From IMG/VR virus record IMGVR_UViG_3300042922_000911, positions 1-64,000 of that record: a stretch of DNA of 64,000 bases; one strand, written 5' to 3'. The notes below the pieces were generated by a model. The model saw only the letters and a list, made by a program, of their open reading frames with translations. It did no database searches and was not told the DNA's origin. Shown piece by piece: positions 9,830-18,747 of this stretch. Numbering within the stretch: position 1 is the first letter of the stretch; each line of letters opens with the position of its first letter. A program made the translations under genes and the position numbers. This DNA comes from a virus.

Positions 9830-10978
9830 TTAAGCCTCCACTCGGTTGACGGGCATGACCAGGGCGTAAGGCTCCTGGGCGTTGGGGTCGGTCAGGACGA
9901 TGGGCAAGAGCGGCCCGTTGAAATTCAGCGCGACGAGCTCGCTCGAGGACGCCGACAGGGCCTCGTTCAAGAACCCGCCCTTCGCGTGGATCGTGAAGGC
10001 CTCGCCCGGCACCTCGGTTTCCCACTTGATGCCGATCGCGTCGTCGGCGTTGCCGCGATCGCCGTCGGATGCGTGAATGGTCAGCTCGTCTTCGTTGAAC
10101 ACCAGCTTGAGAACGCGGTCTTCTTGGGCCTGGGCGAGAACCATGGTGCGCTCGAGGGCACCGATCAGCTCGCGGCGCACCGCGCTCACGACCTTGGTAA
10201 AGCCCGTGGGGCAAATTTGCTGCACCGGCGGGAACAGCCCGTCGATCGTGCGGGTCGTGATGTAGCGATCGCCAATCAGGAACCCGAGGCTCGTCGCGTG
10301 CTTCTCGCTGGCCGGATAGAAGAGCTGCACCGTTTCGGCCCCGGTGGCCTCGACCACGTTCTTCACCTCGATAATCGCCCGCTTGGGCACGATCACGTTG
10401 AGGGGTTCCCCGCCCTTCGGCCAGTCGAGCAAGTACCGGCTCAGCCGATACCCGTCGGTCGCCTCGATGGCGAGCCGGCCCAATTCGGTGTCGGCCTGGA
10501 CGTGAACGCCGAGCTGCACTTGCGACAGGGCCTCGCCCTTCGCCGTGGCGTACAGGACGTTGCCCACGGCCTCGGCGAAGACCTTGCCGCTCAGCGTCAG
10601 CAGCGGGGCACCCTCGGGCAGCTCCACTTCGGGAAACTCGGCGGCCGAAAGCGTGTTCAGGTGGAATTTCGAGCGGCCCGACTTCAACAGCAGCCGGTTT
10701 TCTTCAAGCGCGAGCTGTACGTCGTCCGAGAGCCTGCCCACAATGTCGCGCAGCACGTCGAACGGCACCGTGATCTCGCCGGATTCAAGCACCATGGCGA
10801 CCGTCGGCACCACGATCGCAAGCTCAAGGTCGGTGCCCTTCAAGACCAGCGTTCCGGCCTTCGCATCGGCGACCAGCAGGGCGTTTTTCAGAATGGGGAG
10901 GGTCTTCGACTTGCCCGCGACGTTTCGGGCGTCACGAAGCGCCGCCTTCAAGGCGGGGAGCGAGATAGTCAGCTTCAT
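9830..10978 (-). CDS. dnaN: DNA polymerase III beta subunit (sliding clamp)
   Basis: LPILKNALL, GTDLELAI, EFP, ATDGYRL, IVPKRAI, IDGLFP and LVMP motifs; about 380 aa. Confidence 0.95.
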   Translation of the reverse strand: MKLTISLPALKAALRDARNVAGKSKTLPILKNALLVADAKAGTLVLKGTDLELAIVVPTVAMVLESGEITVPFDVLRDIVGRLSDDVQLALEENRLLLKSGRSKFHLNTLSAAEFPEVELPEGAPLLTLSGKVFAEAVGNVLYATAKGEALSQVQLGVHVQADTELGRLAIEATDGYRLSRYLLDWPKGGEPLNVIVPKRAIIEVKNVVEATGAETVQLFYPASEKHATSLGFLIGDRYITTRTIDGLFPPVQQICPTGFTKVVSAVRRELIGALERTMVLAQAQEDRVLKLVFNEDELTIHASDGDRGNADDAIGIKWETEVPGEAFTIHAKGGFLNEALSASSSELVALNFNGPLLPIVLTDPNAQEPYALVMPVNRVEA

Positions 10979-11096
10979 GGGGTTCCTTTCCAACACAAGG
11001 GGCCGGAACCACGGGGTTCCGGCCGTCGAGGCGCTATGCCGCTAAGGGAGCGGCGCTGTAAGGGGTTGCGGTAGCCATTTCCGCAACCATTGTACC

Positions 11097-11525
11097 CTAA
11101 ATCGTGCCGTCGGCGTCACGACATACGGGGCAGACGCAAGGCCCCGCCTCGCCTATCACCCGGCCAATGCCCTCGCACTCGCTGCACTCCCCGAGGGCAA
11201 CGAGGTCGAGCGCGCGCACCGCGTCGGCCGCTTTCACCTCGGCCTCGTCGATGGATCGGCCGCGCCGCCAAATGGTCAGGTCGGGCACGGGGAGCTGACG
11301 CTTGCCGACCTTCGTCGTGAGGCCGGTCAGCTTGAAGCCGTACACCCGCGCGGGCCGCGCGAGGTACAGGCTGACGAGGTAGGCGCGTAAGGCCTCTTCC
11401 TCGGGCGTGTCGCGATCGGCGAACAGGCGATCGCACAGCGCGCGCTCGGCGAGCTTGATGCGCTCTTCCAGCGCGGGCATGGTGATCGGCGCGTAGGCCT
11501 TCGGGGTCGCGGTAGTGGTAGCCAT
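11097..11525 (-). CDS. Hypothetical protein with C-terminal Zn finger
   Basis: CSECEGIG..CVCPVC. Confidence 0.6.
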   Translation of the reverse strand: MATTTATPKAYAPITMPALEERIKLAERALCDRLFADRDTPEEEALRAYLVSLYLARPARVYGFKLTGLTTKVGKRQLPVPDLTIWRRGRSIDEAEVKAADAVRALDLVALGECSECEGIGRVIGEAGPCVCPVCRDADGTI

Positions 11526-11741
11526 GGGGGTTCTCCTTTCAATCGGGGGTGGGGTCGTCAGGGGGCGCGGGCTCGGCCGTCGCCTCGGGGGGCGGGTTCT
11601 CGGGCTCGTATTCCCAGAACCCATGCCCCTCGTCAGAAACCGGGGTGAAGTACATGTCGCCCACGTTTCAGCCCTCCGTTACACAGGGAAGCGTTACACA
11701 GGGACGTTACACAGGAAAGGCCCCGCGCGGGGGCCTCGGGT

Positions 11742-12014
11742 CTAGCCTTCCAGCTTGCGGGTCAGCTCGGCCACGCCGTTCATGGCGGCGCTCGTCATGA
11801 CGATCGTGTACATGCCGTTGGCTTCGGGCGTGTCCCACTCGTCCATGCGGGCGAGCCACGCTTTCGCGAGGTGCAAGCAGGCCTCGGCCTGCGTGCGCTC
11901 GTCCATGTCGAGGTGGCACATGCCGAGGTTCGCCGCCGCGCTGGCGTTCTTCGCGGCCTGCTCGACGCGAGCCATGGGAATGTCGGTCCACTTGGGGAGG
12001 TTCAGAGCTTCCAT
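11742..12014 (-). CDS. Hypothetical protein
   Basis: AAGGAGAACCCCCATG start context. Confidence 0.65.
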   Translation of the reverse strand: MEALNLPKWTDIPMARVEQAAKNASAAANLGMCHLDMDERTQAEACLHLAKAWLARMDEWDTPEANGMYTIVMTSAAMNGVAELTRKLEG

Positions 12015-12127
12015 GGGGGTTCTCCTTATATGAGGGGGAGGGGCGTTCCACCTGGGAACAACGCCACGTTAGCGGTTTCCTGTGTAACAAACACCGGCCA
12101 TCATGCCCAAAGAAATTACACAGGGCG

Positions 12128-12168
12128 TGGCAGAAAAACGGGGGTCGCTCGCCGGGTCCCTATACGCT
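12128..12168 (+). promoter_or_regulatory. Putative activator-dependent promoter, probably leaderless
   Basis: TGGCAGAAA at 12128, TACGCT at 12163, ATG at 12175. Confidence 0.6.
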
Positions 12169-12174
12169 GCTCCC

Positions 12175-13092
12175 ATGCTTGAGATCGACGGCAACCACTG
12201 GCGCATGACGCTGCCTTGTAAGCTCTCGACGCCCCCTGGCCCCGACCTTGTGAAGGCGGCCGGGGCGCAGCTCACGCCTGACGAGAAGGCCAAGCCGCTG
12301 ATCAGCGTCGGCAAGGACTACCCGCAAAGCAAGCTGGTTCAGATTCGCCCCGACACCGCGCGCATGATCGAGGGCGCGGCCTGCGTGCCCTTCCACGACA
12401 TTCAAGACGAGTTCGTTGAACCCGGCGGCCTGGTGCTGACCTACTTCGCCAAGCAGGGCCGCATCAACTGGCACCACGGCAAGACCCCGTGGGATATTGT
12501 CGGGCACCCGCTCAAATGGATTCAGACGCCGCAAGAATGGTACTTGTGGGCGCACATTTACGACGGGCTCCCCAACGCCGAAGGCGCGTTCAAGCTGGCC
12601 TCGGCCGGCGCGCAGCTCGCGTGGTCCGTCGAGGGCCGCACGCTCGAGCGGCACCCGAAAAACGAGAAGCGCGTCACGCGCGCGCTGGTGATCAACCTCG
12701 CGCTTACGCACAACCCCATCTGCCCCGACACCTACGCGATCGCGTCGAGCCTCGCGACGAAAGAACATCGGAACGGCGTGGCAGAAATTGGGGGGTCGGT
12801 GCCCCATGCCGTGCTACACAAGAGTTTAAGCACGCCAAGCGGCGCGGTTCTGGTGCCTGAGAGCCTGGAAGACGAGCCCCAAGAAGTGCTTGCGAACCAT
12901 TACCGCGCCTGCGTCGGTGGCGTCTGCCGCTGCCTCGACTTGGAAAAGGGTTTGTTCGTGGGCGGGCACCAGGGCGCGCTTTACCACTTTTACGGGTGCT
13001 GCGGCGCGACGCCCGAGCTGACGGCGAAGCTCGCCAGCCACCACATCGACCTCGCCCGAGAAACCGCGTTCCTGTTGAAGGGAGAAGGATAG
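12175..13092 (+). CDS. Prohead (maturation) protease, Twort-like
   Basis: DIQDE..GLxLxYF..GRINWHH..SVEG..NLALTHNP pattern; lies upstream of scaffold and capsid genes. Confidence 0.8.
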   Translation: MLEIDGNHWRMTLPCKLSTPPGPDLVKAAGAQLTPDEKAKPLISVGKDYPQSKLVQIRPDTARMIEGAACVPFHDIQDEFVEPGGLVLTYFAKQGRINWHHGKTPWDIVGHPLKWIQTPQEWYLWAHIYDGLPNAEGAFKLASAGAQLAWSVEGRTLERHPKNEKRVTRALVINLALTHNPICPDTYAIASSLATKEHRNGVAEIGGSVPHAVLHKSLSTPSGAVLVPESLEDEPQEVLANHYRACVGGVCRCLDLEKGLFVGGHQGALYHFYGCCGATPELTAKLASHHIDLARETAFLLKGEG

Positions 13093-13094
13093 CC

Positions 13095-13871
13095 ATGTAC
13101 CAGAACACCCCTGGCCTCGACACGGCGCTCGCCGGTCTGGAATCCATTGTGAAGGGCGGCCCCCTGAACCCGATGGACGCGCCCGGCGGCCAGCCGCTCG
13201 CCTCGCCCGGCTCGCCCCTCGCGAAAGACGCCCCCAACGACCTGTCGAAGGCCGACGACGACGAGGTTTATGACCTGGGCGACGAGGACGACGACGACGA
13301 AGAGCTCGAAAAGTCGATCCTCGACTACGCCGGCCTCGACGTGATCAAGGCCCTCACGGGCGACGACGATCAGCCCGGCACCGAGCATCCGTTGATCACC
13401 CTGACCAAGGGCCTCGACCTGATGGCGGGCGATCTGACCGAGGCGATCGCCACCGGCTTCGCCGGCCAAGCGCCCGTGAACGAGGCGCTGGTGAAGGCGC
13501 TCGGCTCGGCCATCCAGCGTTCCGACGCGCAAACCGAGCTGATCAAGGGCCTGGTCGGCACCATTTCCGACCTGAACGGCTCGCTCGAGGGCATCAACAA
13601 GCAGCTCGTCGAGCTGGGCGCGAAGCCCGTCCCCCGCCGCGCGGTGACGCCCGGCGTGCAGGTTCTCGAAAAGGCCGTCGCGGGCACCCCTGCCGCCGGC
13701 ACCGAGAGCCATTCCACTTTCCCTGCTACTTACGGGCTGCATCCTGAAAAGCTGCGCGAAAAGCTCGTCAAGGGCATTGGCACGCTGGGCCTCGACATGG
13801 GCCTCGCGGGCGTCATGGACCGCACCGGCACCGTTGAGCCGGCTGTCTTCGAGCGGATCAAAGACCTGTAA
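13095..13871 (+). CDS. Scaffolding-like protein
   Basis: Acidic and helical, between protease and capsid; repeated phi-x-K-[ASG] motifs. Confidence 0.7.
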   Translation: MYQNTPGLDTALAGLESIVKGGPLNPMDAPGGQPLASPGSPLAKDAPNDLSKADDDEVYDLGDEDDDDEELEKSILDYAGLDVIKALTGDDDQPGTEHPLITLTKGLDLMAGDLTEAIATGFAGQAPVNEALVKALGSAIQRSDAQTELIKGLVGTISDLNGSLEGINKQLVELGAKPVPRRAVTPGVQVLEKAVAGTPAAGTESHSTFPATYGLHPEKLREKLVKGIGTLGLDMGLAGVMDRTGTVEPAVFERIKDL

Positions 13872-13930
13872 GCAACGGTCAAGCGTAGCGGCCTGAAACC
13901 CGCGACCCACCTTAAGAAGGAGGATTCCCC

Positions 13931-15391
13931 ATGCAATTCAACGCGCCTGGCCTGGCTGATTACAGCGGCCATTTCGCCTCGCTCGATTCCGGCGACGTGT
14001 CGTTTGGTGCCGGTGGCTCGTACTTCGGTCGCCCTGACATTGTGGCGAACCTGAACAAGGCCCTCGGCGACGGTGCCAGCTTCGGCACCACCTCGGCCGC
14101 CGGCCCCAACGGCGTGAACGTCCTGATCCCGCAGAGCCTCGAAACGACCCTCCAGGTCGTCGGCTTCAAGGCTCAGATGCTCAAGCTTTGGCAGCGAATC
14201 GCCAAGAAGCCGGCGTACTCGACCATCGAAGAGTACGACATGCTGAAGTCGTTCGGGCAGGACGAGCTCATGTGGATGAGCGAGGGTGGCTTGCCCAACA
14301 TCGACGCCTCCGAGTACAGCCGTGAAGTCGCTCAGGTGCGCTACCTGGGCACTCAGCGCGCCGTCACCCATCAGATGACCCTGGTGAACGTGATCTCGGG
14401 CATTCAGAACATCATCGACCGCGAGGACCGCAACGGAACCTTGCAGCTCCTTCGCAACCTGGAAACCGCGCTTTTCGAGGGCGACGATCGCGTTGACGCG
14501 CTCAGCATCAAGGGCATCTTCCAGCAGATCGAGGTCAACGCCCCGAAGAACGTGATCGATCTTCGCGGCAAGCCGATCACCGATGCCGTCCTGGAAGACC
14601 TCGACAACCGCGCGGCCGACAACTACGCGACCATCGACACGATGTTCATGGACAACCGCCAGAAGAACAACCTGTCGCAGTTCGCCTTCGCCAACAAGCG
14701 GTTCATGATCGGCAACAGCGGCCAGCAGGGCCAAACCAACCTGGGCTTGCCGGTTGAGCGTTACATCGGCAACAACTCGCAGTTCGCGCTCGAGAGCCAC
14801 CAGTTCATTCGCGCGGGCGTCGCCTACGACCTGACCTTCGTGCCCCGCGTCGGTGCCCCCGCGGCCCCCACGTCGGCCGCCTTGGTCGAGGCCAACAACG
14901 CGGCGTCGCTGCTCCCCGTCGGCACCTACTCTTACGCGATCGTCGGCGTGAACAGCAAGGGCGAGGGCGCGGAAGCGGTCGTCACCAACGGCGCGGCCGT
15001 GGATTCGTCCACGACCAACGGCCTGACCTGGGTCGATCCCGCCGATGCGGTCTACATCAAGATTTACCGCCGCGACACCGCGACCGGCAAATACTTGTTC
15101 CAGGCCAAGGTGGCGAAGGGCGTTCAGGCCTACAACGACGCCGGTCAGGACGTGCCCGGCACGTCGAAGGCTTACGCCCTCATGATGGACGGCGACGAGG
15201 GCATGGCCTGGAAGCAGCTCGCCCCGCTCATGAAGCTGCCGCTGGCGCAGATCGACACCTCGATCCGCTGGGCCATCCTGCTCTACGGCACGCTCATGGT
15301 CTACCAGCCGACCAAGCAGTTCGTCTTCAAGAACGTGGGCAGCGTCGGCATCGAGCATGTCTACGACGAGGCGGATCGCCCCCGCAACTAA
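13931..15391 (+). CDS. Major capsid protein (Twort/Herelleviridae-like, FN3-like insertion)
   Basis: QSLETTL..KLWQRIAKKPAYSTIEEY..LFEGD..NVIDLRG..QLAPLMKLPLA..ILLYG. Confidence 0.92.
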   Translation: MQFNAPGLADYSGHFASLDSGDVSFGAGGSYFGRPDIVANLNKALGDGASFGTTSAAGPNGVNVLIPQSLETTLQVVGFKAQMLKLWQRIAKKPAYSTIEEYDMLKSFGQDELMWMSEGGLPNIDASEYSREVAQVRYLGTQRAVTHQMTLVNVISGIQNIIDREDRNGTLQLLRNLETALFEGDDRVDALSIKGIFQQIEVNAPKNVIDLRGKPITDAVLEDLDNRAADNYATIDTMFMDNRQKNNLSQFAFANKRFMIGNSGQQGQTNLGLPVERYIGNNSQFALESHQFIRAGVAYDLTFVPRVGAPAAPTSAALVEANNAASLLPVGTYSYAIVGVNSKGEGAEAVVTNGAAVDSSTTNGLTWVDPADAVYIKIYRRDTATGKYLFQAKVAKGVQAYNDAGQDVPGTSKAYALMMDGDEGMAWKQLAPLMKLPLAQIDTSIRWAILLYGTLMVYQPTKQFVFKNVGSVGIEHVYDEADRPRN

Positions 15392-15412
15392 GCGGAACGG
15401 CTCAAACGCTCT

Positions 15413-15443
15413 TGGGGGCAGGGTTAACGCCCTGCCCCCTTTC
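15413..15443 (+). terminator. Hairpin terminator after capsid gene
   Basis: GGGGGCAGGG-TTAACG-CCCTGCCCCC followed by TTT. Confidence 0.7.
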
Positions 15444-15466
15444 CATATCCATAGGAGGAAACCCCC

Positions 15467-15781
15467 ATGTTCAATCTCGTTGCGAAGATCGGTACGCAGG
15501 CGCTCAACACGCACGTCGGCCGTTTCGAGTTTGCCCCGGCGACCGGCGTGCTGGTGAAGCCCGCGCCCAAGGACGTGACCGAGGAACAGGCCGCGTACCT
15601 GACCGCCAACGCCGAGCGGTTCGGCCTCACGCCCGCCAAGGGCAGCGCCCCGGCCCCGGTCGAGGCCCCGAAGGCCCCGCCGGCCGACCCCGGCCCGGCC
15701 CCCGGCGACGACGACGACCAGGCCGACGACCAGGCCGAGGCCCCCGCGCCCGCGCCGAAGACCCCCGGCAAGAAGAAGTAG
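15467..15781 (+). CDS. Small head-associated protein
   Basis: Position after capsid gene; Pro/Ala/Asp-rich tail. Confidence 0.65.
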   Translation: MFNLVAKIGTQALNTHVGRFEFAPATGVLVKPAPKDVTEEQAAYLTANAERFGLTPAKGSAPAPVEAPKAPPADPGPAPGDDDDQADDQAEAPAPAPKTPGKKK

Positions 15782-15793
15782 GGAGCTGCGGCC

Positions 15794-16924
15794 ATGCCCT
15801 TCGGAAACGACGCGATCGAGGTCAATCAGGGTGGCTACGTCACCTTGCCGTGCTGGCGTAACGACATTGGGGTGATCCCCGTTGCCGCGACGTTCAGCGT
15901 GCCTTTGCTCGGCATCGAGCCGACGCCCGCGAGCATCATGCGTGACGGCCTGGTGCGCGCCCGTTTCCCTAGGGCGAAGGCCTCTGACGCCTACCTCGGC
16001 GAGTACGAGGTCGTCTGGGACCTGACGGTGCCGATCATCGGCAACGACATGAACAACGACCTCGCGCCCATGACCGAGACTTTCGACGTGATCTCGACGG
16101 TGCGCGTTCTCGACACCGCCGACATGCCCCCCGAGGACGAGAGCTGGAAAGACGCGCGCGGCCTGCCGACGCCCGCCTATCTGCGCGAAAAGCAAATGTT
16201 CGGCGTCCCCATGCTCGACGGCGACGGCCGGCTCTTCAAGGACACCGCCGTTCAAAAGGCCCTCGACGCCGCGGCGCGGCGCGTCGAGGCGGAATGCGAC
16301 ATTGTGCTTGGAGAGCGGTACTTTTCCAGCCTCCCCGACGCCGTGGCCCCCGACGGCCTGACGGTGACGCCCGAAGCGGGCTACGACTACGACCCGTACC
16401 GCATCAGCGCCAACTATTCGTTCATGCGCCTGCGGCACCGGCCGGTCAAGCGGTTCGACGCCCTCGAGCTGTGGCTTGGCAAAATGTCCATGGTCAAGAT
16501 CCCCTCGAGCTACTTCACGCTTCACCCGGCATCCGGCGACGTGCAGCTCGTCGCCAACGCGATTCAGTCGCTCTCGATCAACGGCCTGTCGTTCCCCCTG
16601 CTCGCCGGCAGGCCCTCGGGCCAGGCCGTGCCGCACCTGTGGCATGCGAGCTACCTCGCCGGCCAGGAAGTCACCGCCGACATTTTCGAGGTCGTGAGCT
16701 GGATTGCGACGCAACAACTGCTGATCACCATTTCGGATTCGGTGATCGCCGGTATCGCGAGCCAGTCGGTCAGCATCGACGGCATCAGCGAATCGATCTC
16801 GACCACCTCGAGCGCCACCAACAGTACCTACGGCGCGGCGATCCTCGAGTACGAGAAGCGGATCAAGGAATGGTTCAAGAATGAGGCCCTGGTCTACCGG
16901 GGCATCACGATCGGGGGCCTGTAA
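15794..16924 (+). CDS. Head-tail adaptor
   Basis: GIASQSVSIDGISESISTTSSATNSTYGA motif; synteny. Confidence 0.75.
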   Translation: MPFGNDAIEVNQGGYVTLPCWRNDIGVIPVAATFSVPLLGIEPTPASIMRDGLVRARFPRAKASDAYLGEYEVVWDLTVPIIGNDMNNDLAPMTETFDVISTVRVLDTADMPPEDESWKDARGLPTPAYLREKQMFGVPMLDGDGRLFKDTAVQKALDAAARRVEAECDIVLGERYFSSLPDAVAPDGLTVTPEAGYDYDPYRISANYSFMRLRHRPVKRFDALELWLGKMSMVKIPSSYFTLHPASGDVQLVANAIQSLSINGLSFPLLAGRPSGQAVPHLWHASYLAGQEVTADIFEVVSWIATQQLLITISDSVIAGIASQSVSIDGISESISTTSSATNSTYGAAILEYEKRIKEWFKNEALVYRGITIGGL

Positions 16925-17595
16925 TGCCCGGCGTTCGCATCGACCTACGCAAGCTGGAAGACCTCATTCGCCGCAAGGGCGTGTGGGTCGATTGGGTTCG
17001 CACCTCGCGCTGCCCGTGCCTGACGGATTCGGGGCGCACCAAGTTCCAGTGTCCCGTGTGCGCCTCGACCGGCTGGATGAAGCTCGACACGCAGCGGGTC
17101 CGCGGCCTGCTCGTCAGCCAGAACCGCAAGGGCCAATTGAACGAGGGCGGCGAGCTCGGCACCGGCTCGGCGCAGTTCACCCCGCCCCGCTGGGTCAGGC
17201 TCGCCGAGGGCGACTGGATCGTGTCGGCGCAGTACCCGCAGCGCACCAGCGAGGTCGTCGAGCATCAGCCGTCGCCCCACTGGACGGGCGACCCCCTCAA
17301 CACCATGTTCCCCGTCGAGCTGGTCGCCCTGCGCGGCATTCGCGACGGCGCGGCGCACCTGTTCGACCCCACGGGCTACACCCTCGACACCGACAAGGGC
17401 GTGATCACCTGGGCCGATGCCGCCACCGATCGCCCCAAGGCGGGCGAGAAGTACGCCGTCGAGCTGATGCACCGCGAGGCCTACCAAATTTGGCGCGGCG
17501 ACAAGCCGATGCACCGTGGGGCCGAGGACAAGCGGCTTCACGACCGCGCGGCCCTGCGAATCCTCACGCGCCGCGTGCTGCGGGAGCCGGTCTGA
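16924..17595 (+). CDS. Head closure/neck protein
   Basis: RCPC..CPVCxxTGW N-terminus typical of Twort-like neck proteins. Confidence 0.7.
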   Translation: MPGVRIDLRKLEDLIRRKGVWVDWVRTSRCPCLTDSGRTKFQCPVCASTGWMKLDTQRVRGLLVSQNRKGQLNEGGELGTGSAQFTPPRWVRLAEGDWIVSAQYPQRTSEVVEHQPSPHWTGDPLNTMFPVELVALRGIRDGAAHLFDPTGYTLDTDKGVITWADAATDRPKAGEKYAVELMHREAYQIWRGDKPMHRGAEDKRLHDRAALRILTRRVLREPV

Positions 17596-18191
17596 TGATC
17601 GCCGTTTCCATTCGCCTGCGCCCGCGCGGCGGCAGCATCCTCGCCGACCCGCGCCGAATCGCAGCTCTTCGCAACGTCGAGAATTACCCGGCCACCGCGG
17701 CGGCCGTCGCGCGCCTGACCCGCGACGCCCAAAAGACCATGATGGGCGCGGTTCAGGGCAAGCGCGTTTTCTGGTCGGGCGGCAACTTCAAGGTCAACCG
17801 CGTGTCGGGCGCGCTCCACGGGGCGATCCTGGGCGGCTACCGCTACCCGTGGCGCGGCAACCCCCTCGCGGGCGCGCTCGAGGTGAAGCACAAGCACTAC
17901 AACTTTGTTACACAGGGAACCCGCGCCTACGACATGAAGCCGGGCCTGCTGCGGGGCCGCTCGGCCCGCGTGAGCAAGAAGGGCGTGCTGTACGCCGTCG
18001 TGCCGATCAAACTGCACCCCGAGGAACGCTGGTCGGCCGTGGTGTACCGCGTGGTGACGCAGTTCTCGAAAGGCTGGATTCACCCCGGCACGCCACCCCG
18101 CCGGATCGACCTGTACACCCAAGAAGAAATGAGGCGCACGGCCGCGCGTCGGCTTCGTGACGCGCTTAAGCAAGACATGGGGATGGTCTAA
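17595..18191 (+). CDS. Neck/tail completion protein
   Basis: GTRAYDMKPGLL..WIHPG; synteny. Confidence 0.65.
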   Translation: MIAVSIRLRPRGGSILADPRRIAALRNVENYPATAAAVARLTRDAQKTMMGAVQGKRVFWSGGNFKVNRVSGALHGAILGGYRYPWRGNPLAGALEVKHKHYNFVTQGTRAYDMKPGLLRGRSARVSKKGVLYAVVPIKLHPEERWSAVVYRVVTQFSKGWIHPGTPPRRIDLYTQEEMRRTAARRLRDALKQDMGMV

Positions 18192-18733
18192 TGCACACGC
18201 CCGAGAATTTCAGCTTCAAGCAAGCCGTCTACGATCGCCTAAAGAAGCGGCTTCCCAACAATCCAAAAACCGGCGAGTTCCGTGTCATAAAAAGCCATCC
18301 CCACGACAACAACCTGCTACCATGCCTGTCAGTTACACAGGCCGGGGGCGGCCTGGGCACCCAGACGATCGGCGAGGAACACGGCACCGTCAAGCTCGAC
18401 GGCGAGTGGTTCGGCGTCGAGGGCACGATGTACCGCGAAACGCTGCACATCACGGTCTGGACCTACCACCCCGATCACCGTGACGACCTGGCGGTTGCGA
18501 CCCGCTTCGCGCTGTGGCGCATCCTGAAAGAGCTTTCTGACGAGTTCGGTATCGCGGAAACGAGCATGTCGGAAGACGGCGACGGCAACACCGCCGACGA
18601 CGACCAGAACGCTCCGCAAGAGCTGTACCTTTTCAATTTCACGCTGACGGCCCTAGTTCCTCTCGAGGAAATGACGCCTTTAGGGCCTCCTACCGATGTG
18701 GTGTACACCGTCGCCTTTGGTGACGGGGAGTAA
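18191..18733 (+). CDS. Tail terminator-like protein
   Basis: Immediately upstream of the sheath gene. Confidence 0.6.
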   Translation: MHTPENFSFKQAVYDRLKKRLPNNPKTGEFRVIKSHPHDNNLLPCLSVTQAGGGLGTQTIGEEHGTVKLDGEWFGVEGTMYRETLHITVWTYHPDHRDDLAVATRFALWRILKELSDEFGIAETSMSEDGDGNTADDDQNAPQELYLFNFTLTALVPLEEMTPLGPPTDVVYTVAFGDGE

Positions 18734-18747
18734 AAGGAGGCTGCGTA

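Larger units (their letters stand above)
2202..12014 (-). other. Minus-strand arm of about 25 small accessory/early genes
   Basis: Tightly packed short minus-strand ORFs with overlapping stop/start codons and AGGAG-type ribosome binding sites. Confidence 0.8.

Noticed and set aside
12128-12145. TGGCAG as a sigma54 -24 element
   Set aside because: No TTGC at the required spacing; the conserved partner element is 35 bp away
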